Shown here piece by piece: positions 30,419-39,653 of a stretch of DNA of 64,000 nucleotides. Location: NCBI GenBank assembly GCA_039028875.1, contig JBCCHE010000022.1:5971-69970 (forward strand). Reading direction: 5' to 3'. The first letter of the stretch is position 1; each line of letters begins with the position of its first letter. The notes under the pieces are model-generated. The model saw only the letters and a program-made list of their open reading frames with translations. It ran no database searches and had not been told where the DNA came from. This DNA comes from Myxococcota bacterium. Its GTDB lineage: Bacteria; Myxococcota_A; Polyangia; Polyangiales; Houyiibacteriaceae. The position numbers and the translations under genes were made by a program.

Positions 30419-32485
30419 GGGGTGGACGTTTTCGATTAGGCGGTGGGGGACCGTGATCCTGATGCCGAGGGCGTTGAAGCGTTTGCTGATGCGACGGAGC
30501 ACTTCCCGTCGCACGGGGAAGAGTTTGTCGGGCTGGGTGCGGATCATGAACTTGATGATGATCCCGTGGTCCGTGAACTTGTCGACGCCCAGCATGTCCG
30601 GCTCGCCGCTCACGAAGGGCTGCCAGTCGGGGTCGGCCATGAAGTCGTTGGCCAGCTCGAGGAGAACCTCCATCACGCGGTCGACGTCTTCGTCGTAGCC
30701 GACCGGGATCTCGAAGACCGGTCGGCCCCAAGCGTAGGTGCGGTTGGTCACGGCTTTGATCTCGCCGTTGGGAACGAAGTGGACGCGCCCCTCCAAGTCA
30801 CGCAATACCGTCACGCGCATGTTGACCGACTCGACCGTCCCGGTGATGCCGTTGATCGTGATCAAATCACCAAGCTGGTACTGGTCCTCGAGTAGAATCA
30901 GAAACCCAGAGAAGTAGTCTCTCATGAGGTCCTGGGCACCGAACGCAAAGGCAACACCCACGATTGCCGCGCCACCAAGGACGGTCCGGATGTCGAGCCC
31001 GGCTTCTTGGAGCGCCAGCAGTACGCCGATGACGATGATCAGCACGCGCCCCGCGCTTGCGAAACTAAACGCCAAGGTGTCTGCGCGCCCGGTCCCACCC
31101 GACCGCGACCCGCGGCGACGTCGAATGAAAGTGCGTGCGAAGCCGCGCGCGCCAAACTGGAGAAGCAGGAGCAAGAGCCCCATCATCGCGATGACGAGGA
31201 GGATCCGAGGACCCCGTCTCTTGGCCCAGTGGACGATGTTGTCGGGGTGGACGGGGCTCCTTAGCCAGATCAGCCGTCGCTGCGCCTTGTCGAGCTCGGC
31301 GCGCGCTTCTTCGGCGACAGCGTGAACCCGCAGCCCTTCTTCCTCGATGAACCCAAGCCGTTCCCGAAGAGACTCGCGGTACTGAGCCCTTTCGATGACG
31401 CCCTGCTCGGCGCCCGCGAGGAACTCGTTTATCGCGGTGATCGCTCGCAGGCTGCGCGCCTTGCGCTCCTCGTTCCCGTCTTCAAGAGCCCCCTTGTTTC
31501 GAGTCTCCCAAACGCCCCTGGCCTTGATGAGGTTTTCGACTTCGTCGGCCTCCGTCTTGGCGAGGTCGTCCTCGAGCTCGAGCTGGGTCTCGAGGGCGCG
31601 CTTTCGTTCGACGTAGTTTTCGACTTCGAACCGCGCCTGCGCCAGGTCGCGACGTTGCTCGGCGAGTAGCCGCTGAGCCCGAAGCTGCGCCGCCGTGACC
31701 ACCGAGGATGCCGGTTCGTCGGTGGACGTTTGAGGGCTGGTCGGCGAAGTCGCCGGTAGGCCGGGGACCACGCCGGGCGGCAAAGGACTCGGGCTCTGGC
31801 CTCCGACCATCGGGGTAGCGCCGCCGCCTCCAACCACGGTGGCCTTCGGTGCCCGGCGCTTCGCCTTGCCTGTGAGCTCCGCCAGCGACCGCTCTTCGGT
31901 CTTGATTTTGACGGCAAGCGCATCGATCTGGGTCTTGGTCTTCTTCTCGCCGGTCAGCGCGAGGTCGGTCTGCCGGTTGAAGAGCTCGTAGTCTTCCTCG
32001 AGCTCGGCCACGCGCGTTTTGGCGGCCGCGACGTCGTCGGAGCTCGCCTCCGGATCGTCGAGGAGCACCGCAAGTTCGTCCTTCGCGGCCTGGATTCTCG
32101 CCGAGACGTCCGTCATCCCCTTGGCGAGCCGCTCGAACCAGGCCTCTCGAACGTCGAGCTCCTCCTTGAGCGCACGAAGCTTTCGCTTGTCGAGCTTGAT
32201 CCCGCGACGGATTCGAACGATCCGTTCTGCGTCGGAAGCCGCTTGCTCGGGCACGGCGATTCCCAATCCGCCGCTTCCTCCCGAACCTCCCTCCGCTTCT
32301 GACCCGCTTTCGCTCCCAAGAGCCGCTTCGCCTTGCGAGGTCGCGCCGCCGGTTCCGGCTGCGCTGGGGGTTCCGCCCGTGGCCTCCCCTTGGGCCTCGG
32401 CTGCGGTCGTCCCGAAACTACACGCGAGCCAGAGGGCAGTCACCCACACGGCGATGCGCCACGCACTCCTTGTCGTCACATCCAT
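30386..32485 (-). CDS. MscS-family mechanosensitive channel with long N-terminal coiled-coil/low-complexity region
   Basis: MscS beta-domain GDLITINGITGTVESVNMRVTVLRDLEGRVHFVPNGEI preceded by TM helices. ATG at 32485 (MDVTTRSAWRIAVWV..) avoids overlap with aat. Confidence 0.85.
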   Translation of the reverse strand: MDVTTRSAWRIAVWVTALWLACSFGTTAAEAQGEATGGTPSAAGTGGATSQGEAALGSESGSEAEGGSGGSGGLGIAVPEQAASDAERIVRIRRGIKLDKRKLRALKEELDVREAWFERLAKGMTDVSARIQAAKDELAVLLDDPEASSDDVAAAKTRVAELEEDYELFNRQTDLALTGEKKTKTQIDALAVKIKTEERSLAELTGKAKRRAPKATVVGGGGATPMVGGQSPSPLPPGVVPGLPATSPTSPQTSTDEPASSVVTAAQLRAQRLLAEQRRDLAQARFEVENYVERKRALETQLELEDDLAKTEADEVENLIKARGVWETRNKGALEDGNEERKARSLRAITAINEFLAGAEQGVIERAQYRESLRERLGFIEEEGLRVHAVAEEARAELDKAQRRLIWLRSPVHPDNIVHWAKRRGPRILLVIAMMGLLLLLLQFGARGFARTFIRRRRGSRSGGTGRADTLAFSFASAGRVLIIVIGVLLALQEAGLDIRTVLGGAAIVGVAFAFGAQDLMRDYFSGFLILLEDQYQLGDLITINGITGTVESVNMRVTVLRDLEGRVHFVPNGEIKAVTNRTYAWGRPVFEIPVGYDEDVDRVMEVLLELANDFMADPDWQPFVSGEPDMLGVDKFTDHGIIIKFMIRTQPDKLFPVRREVLRRISKRFNALGIRITVPHRLIENVHPRGHSAPPKPS

Positions 32486-32498
32486 CCAGCGCACAGGT

Positions 32499-33224
32499 TC
32501 ACATCTCCGGCCGCAACCGCGCAAGCGCTTCGACCGGCGTGAGCGACATTTCCCACGGACCCATGAGGCTCGGTTCGGCGCTGCCCCGTTGCCACTCGCT
32601 CAAGAATCGCGCCCGGGGCCACATCGTCGCCCCAAACCGGGCGAGGTGCTCGGTGTGCACTTGGCAGTCGACGATGGTGAAGCCCCACATGGCAAGGTGC
32701 CCGAGGAGGGTCGTGAAAGCCACCTTCGAGGCGTCCGGCTCGGTCGCAAACATCGATTCGCCCGCGAACGTCCGGCCGAGCGCTACCCCGTAGAGACCCC
32801 CTACCAGAACATCTCCGCGCCACGCCTCCACACTGTGCGCGTAGCCTCGCTCATGGAGCCGAAGGTATCCGTTCTGCAGTTCGTGCGTGATCCACGTCCC
32901 CTGCTGATAGGGTCGAGGTACCTCCGCGCACGCCGCGATCACCTGCTCGAACGCGCAATCGGCAGTCACCCGAATTTCCTCACGGCGCAGAACCTTCCGC
33001 AGCGATCGAGATACGTGCGCGTGCTGGGGCACCAAGGCGAACCGCGGGTCCGGAGAGAACCACAGCAGCGGATACCCCTTGGCCGGCCAGGGAAAGATCC
33101 CCCGCTGGTAGGCGACGACCAATCGCTCGGGTGAGACGTCCCCACCGACTGCCACGATCCCCTCGTCGTTGGCATCCTCGGGAGGCGGAAACTCGAGTTC
33201 CTTGCCGAGCAAATACACAGGCAT
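32499..33224 (-). CDS. aat: Leucyl/phenylalanyl-tRNA--protein transferase
   Basis: VAYQRGIFPW, GGLYGVALGRTFAGESMF and the ~240 aa length are typical of Aat. Confidence 0.9.
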   Translation of the reverse strand: MPVYLLGKELEFPPPEDANDEGIVAVGGDVSPERLVVAYQRGIFPWPAKGYPLLWFSPDPRFALVPQHAHVSRSLRKVLRREEIRVTADCAFEQVIAACAEVPRPYQQGTWITHELQNGYLRLHERGYAHSVEAWRGDVLVGGLYGVALGRTFAGESMFATEPDASKVAFTTLLGHLAMWGFTIVDCQVHTEHLARFGATMWPRARFLSEWQRGSAEPSLMGPWEMSLTPVEALARLRPEM

Positions 33225-33272
33225 CGATCGTACTCGTTAGCTTAACGCGACCGTACGGGCGACTGGCCCCTA

Positions 33273-35573
33273 CTACGCTTCGACCACGGGCGTCGATTCG
33301 CCTCCGAACTGGACGCTGAGCTCGTCCCCGTCGACGTCGACGTGCGCGGTTCCGCCTTCGACCAAGGTGCCGAAGACCATGGCCTGAGACAAAGGTTTCT
33401 TGAGCTTCTGCTCGATGAGACGCGCCATCGGCCGAGCCCCCATCTGCGGGTCGTACCCATGTTCCGCAAGCCAGTCGCGGGCGGCATCGGTGAGCTCGAT
33501 GTGAACCTGCTTCTCGGCCAGCATCTGACGAAGAAGGTCGACCTCTTTGTCGACGACCTTACGGATGACCTCACGGCGAAGGCCGCTGAAGTACACCACG
33601 GCGTCGAGCCGATTTCGGAACTCCGGCGTGAATATCCGTTCGAGCGCCGCCTTGGTGCGCCCGGACGCAAAGTCCTTGGGGTCGTTCCCGGCGGCAAAGC
33701 CAACGACCTTCTCGCTCGCCTCGAAAGCGCCCGCGTTGGTGGTCATCACCAAGACGATGTTGCGGAAATCTGCTTCGCGGCCGTTGTTGTCGGTGAGCTT
33801 TGCATGGTCCATGACCTGCAGCAGGATGTTGAAGAGTTCGTGATGGGCTTTTTCGATCTCGTCGAGGATCACGACCGCGTGCGGGTGCTTCCTGACGGCA
33901 TCGGTGAGCAAGCCGCCTTGATCGAACCCGACGTAGCCTGGTGGGGCGCCGATCAGGCGTGACACCGAGTGACGCTCGCTGTACTCGCTCATGTCGAAAC
34001 GAAGGAGTTCGACTCCCATCACGCGCGCCAGCTGGCGGGCAAGCTCTGTCTTGCCGACACCCGTGGGGCCGGCGAAGAGGAACGACCCGATCGGTTTGTG
34101 GTCGGCGCGCAGCCCGGCCCGCGCAAGCGTGATCGAGCTGACGACTTTGTCGATCGCTTCGTCTTGGCCGAAGATCACCTTGTGGAGCTCGGGGCCGAGC
34201 TCCTTGAGCTGGTCACGCTCCTTCGCGCTGACCGACTCGACGGGAACCCGCGCCATCTTGCTCACCACCTTCTCGATGTCGCTCGTGGTGATGCGGTGCG
34301 TTCGTTGGTCGGAGGGGCGCATGCGCTCGAGGGAGCCGGCTTCGTCGATGACGTCGATCGCTTTGTCGGGTAGGTGCCGGTCGACGATGTGTTTGTCGGC
34401 TAGCGTTGCCGCGGCCTCGATCGCATCGTCGTCGTACTTCACGTCGTGGTGTTCTTCGTAGTACTGACGCAGTCCTTTGAGGATCTCGACAGTGTCTTCG
34501 AGCGTCGGCTCGTGCACTTCGATCTTCTGGAAGCGTCGTGCCAGGGCGCGGTCGCGATCGAGGTGCTTGAAGTCTGCGTACGTCGTCGAACCCAAACAGC
34601 GAAGCTTTCCTGACGCGAGCGCTGGCTTCAGAATGTTGGAGGCATCCATCGAGCTGCCCGTCGTCGCGCCCGCACCCACGATGGTGTGAATCTCGTCGAT
34701 GAAGAGGATGGCGTTGTCGAGCTCTTGTAGCCGCTTCATCACCGCTTTCAGGCGCTCCTCAAACTGACCGCGAAACTTGGTCCCCGCCAAGAGCGCGCCC
34801 ATGTCGAGCGAGTAGATTTGGGCGTCCCCGAGCACCTCGGGCACGTCGCCTTCGTAGACGCGCCGCGCGAGCCCCTCTGCGATGGCGGTTTTGCCAACGC
34901 CGGGCTCGCCAACATAGATCGGATTGTTCTTTCGACGGCGGCATAGCACCTGGACGGTTCGGTCGAGCTCGGCTTGTCGGCCAATGAGCGGATCGATCCG
35001 ACCCTCGGCCGCCTCAGCGACCAAGTCGGTGGCGAACATCTCGAGCGGGTCGCGGCCGGCCATCCCCTCGTCGCCGTCCTCGTCAAACTCGGTGTCGGTG
35101 TACCCCTCGGAGGATTCGCCGGGCACGATGTCGGTGCCGACCCCGTGCGCGATGTAGCGCTTGAGGTCGAGTGAGGTGACGCCTTCCTCTTGAAGAAGGA
35201 ATGCGGCGAAGGACTCGTCCTCTTTCAAGAGTTGCACCAGCACGTTGCCACCGTCGATCGTTTTCATTTCGGATGAGATGGCGTGGATGGCCGCTCGCTG
35301 CAGCACGCGCTCGACCGCGAGTGTCTGGCGCGGCTCGACGTCGACGTTCTCTGGCACTCGGGTGAGTCGCTCCTGGACGAACTCTTCGAGCCGCTTCCGA
35401 AGTCGCCGGACATCCGCACCGCACGCTTTGAGCGCCTGCGTCGCCTTTGGGTCCTCGGTGAGGGCCAGCAACAGGTGCTCGAGCGTGACGTACTCGTGCC
35501 TCATCAGACCAGCACGGTCGAACGCCTTGCGGAGGGTCTCCTGCAGCTCTTTCGCGATTACCGGACCGGCCAT
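33273..35573 (-). CDS. clpA: ATP-dependent Clp protease ATP-binding subunit ClpA
   Basis: 766 aa. Clp_N repeats, two AAA+ modules (GEPGVGKT and GPTGVGKT) and no middle coiled-coil insert. Sits directly after clpS. Confidence 0.95.
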   Translation of the reverse strand: MAGPVIAKELQETLRKAFDRAGLMRHEYVTLEHLLLALTEDPKATQALKACGADVRRLRKRLEEFVQERLTRVPENVDVEPRQTLAVERVLQRAAIHAISSEMKTIDGGNVLVQLLKEDESFAAFLLQEEGVTSLDLKRYIAHGVGTDIVPGESSEGYTDTEFDEDGDEGMAGRDPLEMFATDLVAEAAEGRIDPLIGRQAELDRTVQVLCRRRKNNPIYVGEPGVGKTAIAEGLARRVYEGDVPEVLGDAQIYSLDMGALLAGTKFRGQFEERLKAVMKRLQELDNAILFIDEIHTIVGAGATTGSSMDASNILKPALASGKLRCLGSTTYADFKHLDRDRALARRFQKIEVHEPTLEDTVEILKGLRQYYEEHHDVKYDDDAIEAAATLADKHIVDRHLPDKAIDVIDEAGSLERMRPSDQRTHRITTSDIEKVVSKMARVPVESVSAKERDQLKELGPELHKVIFGQDEAIDKVVSSITLARAGLRADHKPIGSFLFAGPTGVGKTELARQLARVMGVELLRFDMSEYSERHSVSRLIGAPPGYVGFDQGGLLTDAVRKHPHAVVILDEIEKAHHELFNILLQVMDHAKLTDNNGREADFRNIVLVMTTNAGAFEASEKVVGFAAGNDPKDFASGRTKAALERIFTPEFRNRLDAVVYFSGLRREVIRKVVDKEVDLLRQMLAEKQVHIELTDAARDWLAEHGYDPQMGARPMARLIEQKLKKPLSQAMVFGTLVEGGTAHVDVDGDELSVQFGGESTPVVEA

Positions 35574-35575
35574 GG

Positions 35576-35905
35576 TTATGCGTCTTCCTCCTCGGGCTCC
35601 ATCGTCAGGCGCAGCGGGAACTCGTGCTCACGCGCCATACTTTCCACGCGCTCAATCTTGGTCTCGGCAACCTCTCGCGTAAAGACCCCAGCGACGCCCA
35701 CCCCGTTGTGGTGCACGTGGAGCATGATCCGGATTGCGCTTTGTTCATCGAGGTGAAACACCTGATTGAGCACCAAAACCACGAATTCCCTCGTGGTGTA
35801 GTCGTCGTTGTGGAGGAGCACCCGGTAGAGCCGTGGCCGTTTGAGCTTCTTTTCGGGCTTGACTTGGGTGATCGTCCCCGCGTCGTTGTCGAATCTCTCG
35901 GCCAT
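35576..35905 (-). CDS. clpS: ATP-dependent Clp protease adaptor ClpS
   Basis: 109 aa. ClpS core YRVLLHNDDYTTREFVV..L..VF. 2-nt gap to clpA. Confidence 0.92.
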   Translation of the reverse strand: MAERFDNDAGTITQVKPEKKLKRPRLYRVLLHNDDYTTREFVVLVLNQVFHLDEQSAIRIMLHVHHNGVGVAGVFTREVAETKIERVESMAREHEFPLRLTMEPEEEDA

Positions 35906-36038
35906 ACCACCATTTTAGCGCGATCTGCGCCTCCGCCCAGCCTAGGAGCGCCCCTCCATTCAGGAAGAACCTAAGGCCGCAGGCCCAGGAGCGCTAGACC
36001 GCGCTTAGCTGAAAGTGAGCACGGCGTGGCCCGGGGGC

Positions 36039-36452
36039 TCATTCCAGAACGAGCCGTAGAAAGAACGCTTGATTCTGGCCGTTGCGAATGGTGACCGTGG
36101 TTTCGTCGGCAGCGATCACCAAGAAGACGTTGCCGCTCGGGGGCGTCGAGGCGGTGCCGTCCTCGTTGAAGGAGATGAGACTTCCAGTCAGGTCGATGGG
36201 CACGCGCCCGAGGGGGTGCTCGAACACGTAGGTGGCATTGTCCTCGAAGAGGAACCATGAGCAGTCGTCGACCGCCAGAGGCGGAAGCGGGGCCGATTCC
36301 CAGACGCCGTTCACGTTGGTGCTCTGACACGGAAGATCGGAGAGCGGGACTTCGACCTCCTCGGCGGGCGAGCTGCCGCCGCAAGCGACCGCGAGCCCAA
36401 GGCTCACGGCCAACGGCCACTCGAGACTGGGGCGCCGGAGTCGCTTACGCAT
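36039..36452 (-). CDS. Hypothetical lipoprotein
   Basis: Internal ATG gives MRKRLRRPSLEWPLAVSLGLAVACGGSS. The start overlaps the stop of the cobA/hemD gene (ATGCGTAA). Confidence 0.55.
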   Translation of the reverse strand: MRKRLRRPSLEWPLAVSLGLAVACGGSSPAEEVEVPLSDLPCQSTNVNGVWESAPLPPLAVDDCSWFLFEDNATYVFEHPLGRVPIDLTGSLISFNEDGTASTPPSGNVFLVIAADETTVTIRNGQNQAFFLRLVLE

Positions 36453-37983
36453 CGCCATCCCCGTGTGCATAGTACGCGCGCAGCGTGTCCACCAGCGCTT
36501 CGATGGTCTGAGTCTTGGCGGTCGCCGCCATCGCGAGGCCATGCTTTGTTGCCGCCGCGGTGGTGACGGGTCCGATCGAAAACAGATCGAGCGACGAGAG
36601 TGCATCTCGGGCGTCTGGTCCGAGCAGATCCACGAGATTGTCGACGGTCGACGACGAAGTGAAGAGGACCGCGTCGGCGATGTCGGGGTCGACGAGTGCG
36701 CTCGTCCGTGTCGCGTCCTCTAGGTCGGGCGCCAACGTTCGGTACGCGGGTACGACGTCGACCTCTGCACCCGCCGCACGAAGGGAGTCGGGGACGAGCT
36801 CGCGCGCCACCTCGGCCCTCGGGAGAAGCACTCGCGTGTGTGCGTCGACGTGGGGTGTCAGCGCTGCAACCAAGCCTTCAGCGCGTGCGTCGTCCGGAAC
36901 CAAGTCGGGCACAACGCCATAGGTCCGAAGGGCTGCCGTCGTCTTCGCCCCGATCGCGCAAACGCGCGCGGTGCCGATGGCCCTCGCGTCTCGCTTTGCG
37001 TCCTGCAGTGCTGCGAAGGTGGCGTCCACCGCGTTGGCGCTCGTGAAGAGAACCCACGAGTAGCAGTCGAGGTGCCGGACGGCGTCACGAAGAGGCCCAG
37101 GGTCGGTCGGGCCCGCGAGTCGGATTGTGGGTGCTACGACGGGCTGGGCGCCTTCGTCGCGCAAGAGGTGAGACAGGGAACCACTCTGGTGCACGGCGCG
37201 CGTGATGAGCACGCGCTTTCCGAAGAGCGGTTTGGTGTCGAACCAACGAAGCGATGCCCGCAGCTGGACCACGTCACCGACGATGGTGAGTGCGGGGAGC
37301 CCCATCTTGGCAGCCTCGGCCAGCTCGTGGATGTCGGCCACCGTTCCGACGACGGTCTTCTGCTTGGGGAGGGAAGCCCACTGAACAACCGCGGCGGGTG
37401 TGTCCGGGGGGCGGCCGTGCTCGACGAGGAGCCGCATCAGGGACTCGAGCTTTCGCATGCCCATGAAGATCACGAGAGTCTGGGTCGATGTGGCGAGCTT
37501 CGACCAGTCGTGGCCGGTCCTGTCCTTCTCGACCGACTCGGTCGCGGTCACGTACGCCACACTTGATGCCAGTGACCGGTGCGTGAGGGACAAGCCTGCG
37601 TATGCCGTTGCGGCGAGGGGTGATGGGACGCCCGGCACCACCTCGAACGGGATTCCTTGCTCCGCCAAGAACTCCGCTTCCTCGGAGCCTCTCCCAAAAA
37701 GGTACGGATCGCCTCCCTTGAGGCGGACCACCGTCTTTCCGGCGCGCGCAGCCTCCGCCATACGTGCGTGAATCGAGGTCTGGCGCTCGCTCGAGCGTCC
37801 GGCCCGCTTGCCGACGAAGACCAACTCGGCGTCGGACCGAGCCTGCGCGAGTTGGTCGGGGTGGACGAGTGCGTCGTACAGGACGACATCGGCGTTTCGA
37901 AGGCGTCTCAGCCCGCGCGCGGTGATCAGCTCCGGGTCACCTGGCCCAGCCCCGACCAGAAAGACTTTGCCGGGCGTTGACAT
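36445..37983 (-). CDS. Uroporphyrinogen-III C-methyltransferase fused to uroporphyrinogen-III synthase (CobA/HemD)
   Basis: N-terminal SUMT motifs (VFLVGAGPGDPELIT, VVRLKGGDPYLFGRG). The C-terminal ~250 aa form a HemD-like two-lobe domain. Confidence 0.88.
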   Translation of the reverse strand: MSTPGKVFLVGAGPGDPELITARGLRRLRNADVVLYDALVHPDQLAQARSDAELVFVGKRAGRSSERQTSIHARMAEAARAGKTVVRLKGGDPYLFGRGSEEAEFLAEQGIPFEVVPGVPSPLAATAYAGLSLTHRSLASSVAYVTATESVEKDRTGHDWSKLATSTQTLVIFMGMRKLESLMRLLVEHGRPPDTPAAVVQWASLPKQKTVVGTVADIHELAEAAKMGLPALTIVGDVVQLRASLRWFDTKPLFGKRVLITRAVHQSGSLSHLLRDEGAQPVVAPTIRLAGPTDPGPLRDAVRHLDCYSWVLFTSANAVDATFAALQDAKRDARAIGTARVCAIGAKTTAALRTYGVVPDLVPDDARAEGLVAALTPHVDAHTRVLLPRAEVARELVPDSLRAAGAEVDVVPAYRTLAPDLEDATRTSALVDPDIADAVLFTSSSTVDNLVDLLGPDARDALSSLDLFSIGPVTTAAATKHGLAMAATAKTQTIEALVDTLRAYYAHGDGDA

Positions 37984-37988
37984 CGTGT

Positions 37989-38471
37989 TCAGGTCTCACC
38001 TGTGTCGTCCGCCGCGGGGCTCTTGGCCTTGGCTTTCTTGTCACCACGCTTGCCTTTGACGGCGCGCGCGCGGACCTGCGGCCGAACCCCGCCGGCTTCG
38101 TTCGGTATGAAGCGGATTTCGGTCTTCACTTCGAACGAAAGTGACGTGAGCGCACGGTAGAACTCTCCTGCAATATCGGTGGCTTCCAAGAAATCACGAA
38201 CCTCGTTCGCGACCCCGCGCACCATGGCGTTCTTGGTCTCGTCGACCTGCGCGAAGACGTACCCGATGACTTCCTTCGGGAGGCGTCCGTCCTGCGTGAC
38301 ACCGCGAACGACGCTGTCGGCACTGCGCAAGGTTCCCACCCCGGCCTCGATTCCTTTTTCGACCGCTTTGCGAAACGTATCGCGTAGAACACCTTCGGAC
38401 CAACGGCGTTCGCGTTCCTTTTCTTCCTCGTCCTCGTCGAGCGTCTCGTCGTTGTCAAACTCGTCAGGCAT
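37989..38471 (-). CDS. Hypothetical protein (acidic N-terminus, Lys-rich C-terminus)
   Basis: 160 aa, coding-like composition, 5-nt gap to the cobA/hemD gene. No domain recognised. Confidence 0.5.
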   Translation of the reverse strand: MPDEFDNDETLDEDEEEKERERRWSEGVLRDTFRKAVEKGIEAGVGTLRSADSVVRGVTQDGRLPKEVIGYVFAQVDETKNAMVRGVANEVRDFLEATDIAGEFYRALTSLSFEVKTEIRFIPNEAGGVRPQVRARAVKGKRGDKKAKAKSPAADDTGET

Positions 38472-38530
38472 GGCTTCTCGCTATCGCCTCGTCCAATGAG
38501 GGTCAAGCGCGCCAAGCATACCTCAAGCGG

Positions 38531-38563
38531 GCGACGCGACGCCACAAGACGTGTTCGCGTCGC
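38531..38563. promoter_or_regulatory. Perfect 9-bp inverted repeat (GCGACGCGA-15 nt-TCGCGTCGC) in a divergent promoter region
   Basis: Arms at 38531-38539 and 38555-38563, between gene starts at 38471 (-) and 38685 (+). Confidence 0.25.
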
Positions 38564-38684
38564 AATCGAGCGTTGCATCGGGCGTCCATCGCGGATCTCA
38601 ACACGCATTGTATGCAGGTTGCGCGGCGTCGCGATCCACAGCCGCGTCTTGCGTTCAAAAAAAGCAGAAGGTATACGAACTCAG

Positions 38685-39620
38685 ATGGATCACGGGGCGG
38701 ACATCATCGAAGAGTTGTGGATCGAGGCCGAACGGGCGCTCGAATCTTCTTCGAAGCGCGCTGAGTCTCTGTTGACCAAGCTCGCCGACAAAGCCGAAGA
38801 CGGGAGCGATGCGTCCCTGTTTGCGTACAGGCACCTCGCGGAGCTCAACCTAGAGCGCGACCCGTGGAAGGCCGCGCTTCAACTGCGTCGCGTCCTTGCC
38901 CACTGTCATGACGACGACGTCCTTCACGCACTGATGGGCCTGTGCCACGCGTTGCTCGGCAACTACCGCGTCGCGGTGCGTTCGTACCGTGAAGCATCCC
39001 ATCTCGCACCCATGACGCCCTGGTACCACCACAACCTCGGGCACCTCATGGACGTCGCCCTCAGTGATCCGACCAACGCCGAACGCCACCTTCGACGTGC
39101 ATTCGAGCTCGAACCCGAGCACGACGAAATCATCGGCTCGCTCGCGCACTGTCTCGCGAGGCTGGGTCGTCTCGAGGAGGCCAAGCGGTTGGCCGAACTC
39201 GCGCTCGACAAAGGCCCCTGCAACCCCGATCACCGCGTATTGATCGACTGGATCAATGCCGGTGCCACCGATGTCCCCGCGGGCGAAACCAAGGTGCGGC
39301 GCCCCAAGACCGACCTCGTTGTCGAGACCCTCCAGACCAACATGCGCGACGCCGGGTTTTCGCGCGGCGAGATCGAGCGCGCCAGGCAGCTCTGGGACGA
39401 CATGCAGGACCGCTGTGCGCTTCGTGTCACCAAGCCAGCGGTATTGGCCGCCGCCCTCGAGTACGCCATTGGCGTCGTCGAGCGTCGGCCGGGGTGCACG
39501 CAGGCGGATGTGGCGCGTCGGTACGGCGTGGCCCCAACGTCGGTGTCGGCCAGGTTCGCTCAGATCCGCAACGCACTCGCCCTTCGCCCCGGCGACCCTC
39601 GCTACGCCGCCGTTCGCTGA
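38685..39620 (+). CDS. TPR-repeat protein with C-terminal HTH-like segment
   Basis: ATG at 38685 (MDHGADIIEELW..). 3-4 TPR units in the middle. C-terminal ..CTQADVARRYGVAPTSVSARFAQIRNAL resembles an HTH. Confidence 0.6.
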   Translation: MDHGADIIEELWIEAERALESSSKRAESLLTKLADKAEDGSDASLFAYRHLAELNLERDPWKAALQLRRVLAHCHDDDVLHALMGLCHALLGNYRVAVRSYREASHLAPMTPWYHHNLGHLMDVALSDPTNAERHLRRAFELEPEHDEIIGSLAHCLARLGRLEEAKRLAELALDKGPCNPDHRVLIDWINAGATDVPAGETKVRRPKTDLVVETLQTNMRDAGFSRGEIERARQLWDDMQDRCALRVTKPAVLAAALEYAIGVVERRPGCTQADVARRYGVAPTSVSARFAQIRNALALRPGDPRYAAVR

Positions 39621-39653
39621 AAAGTAGTCGTCGCGCCAGCGTTCGCGTATTCG

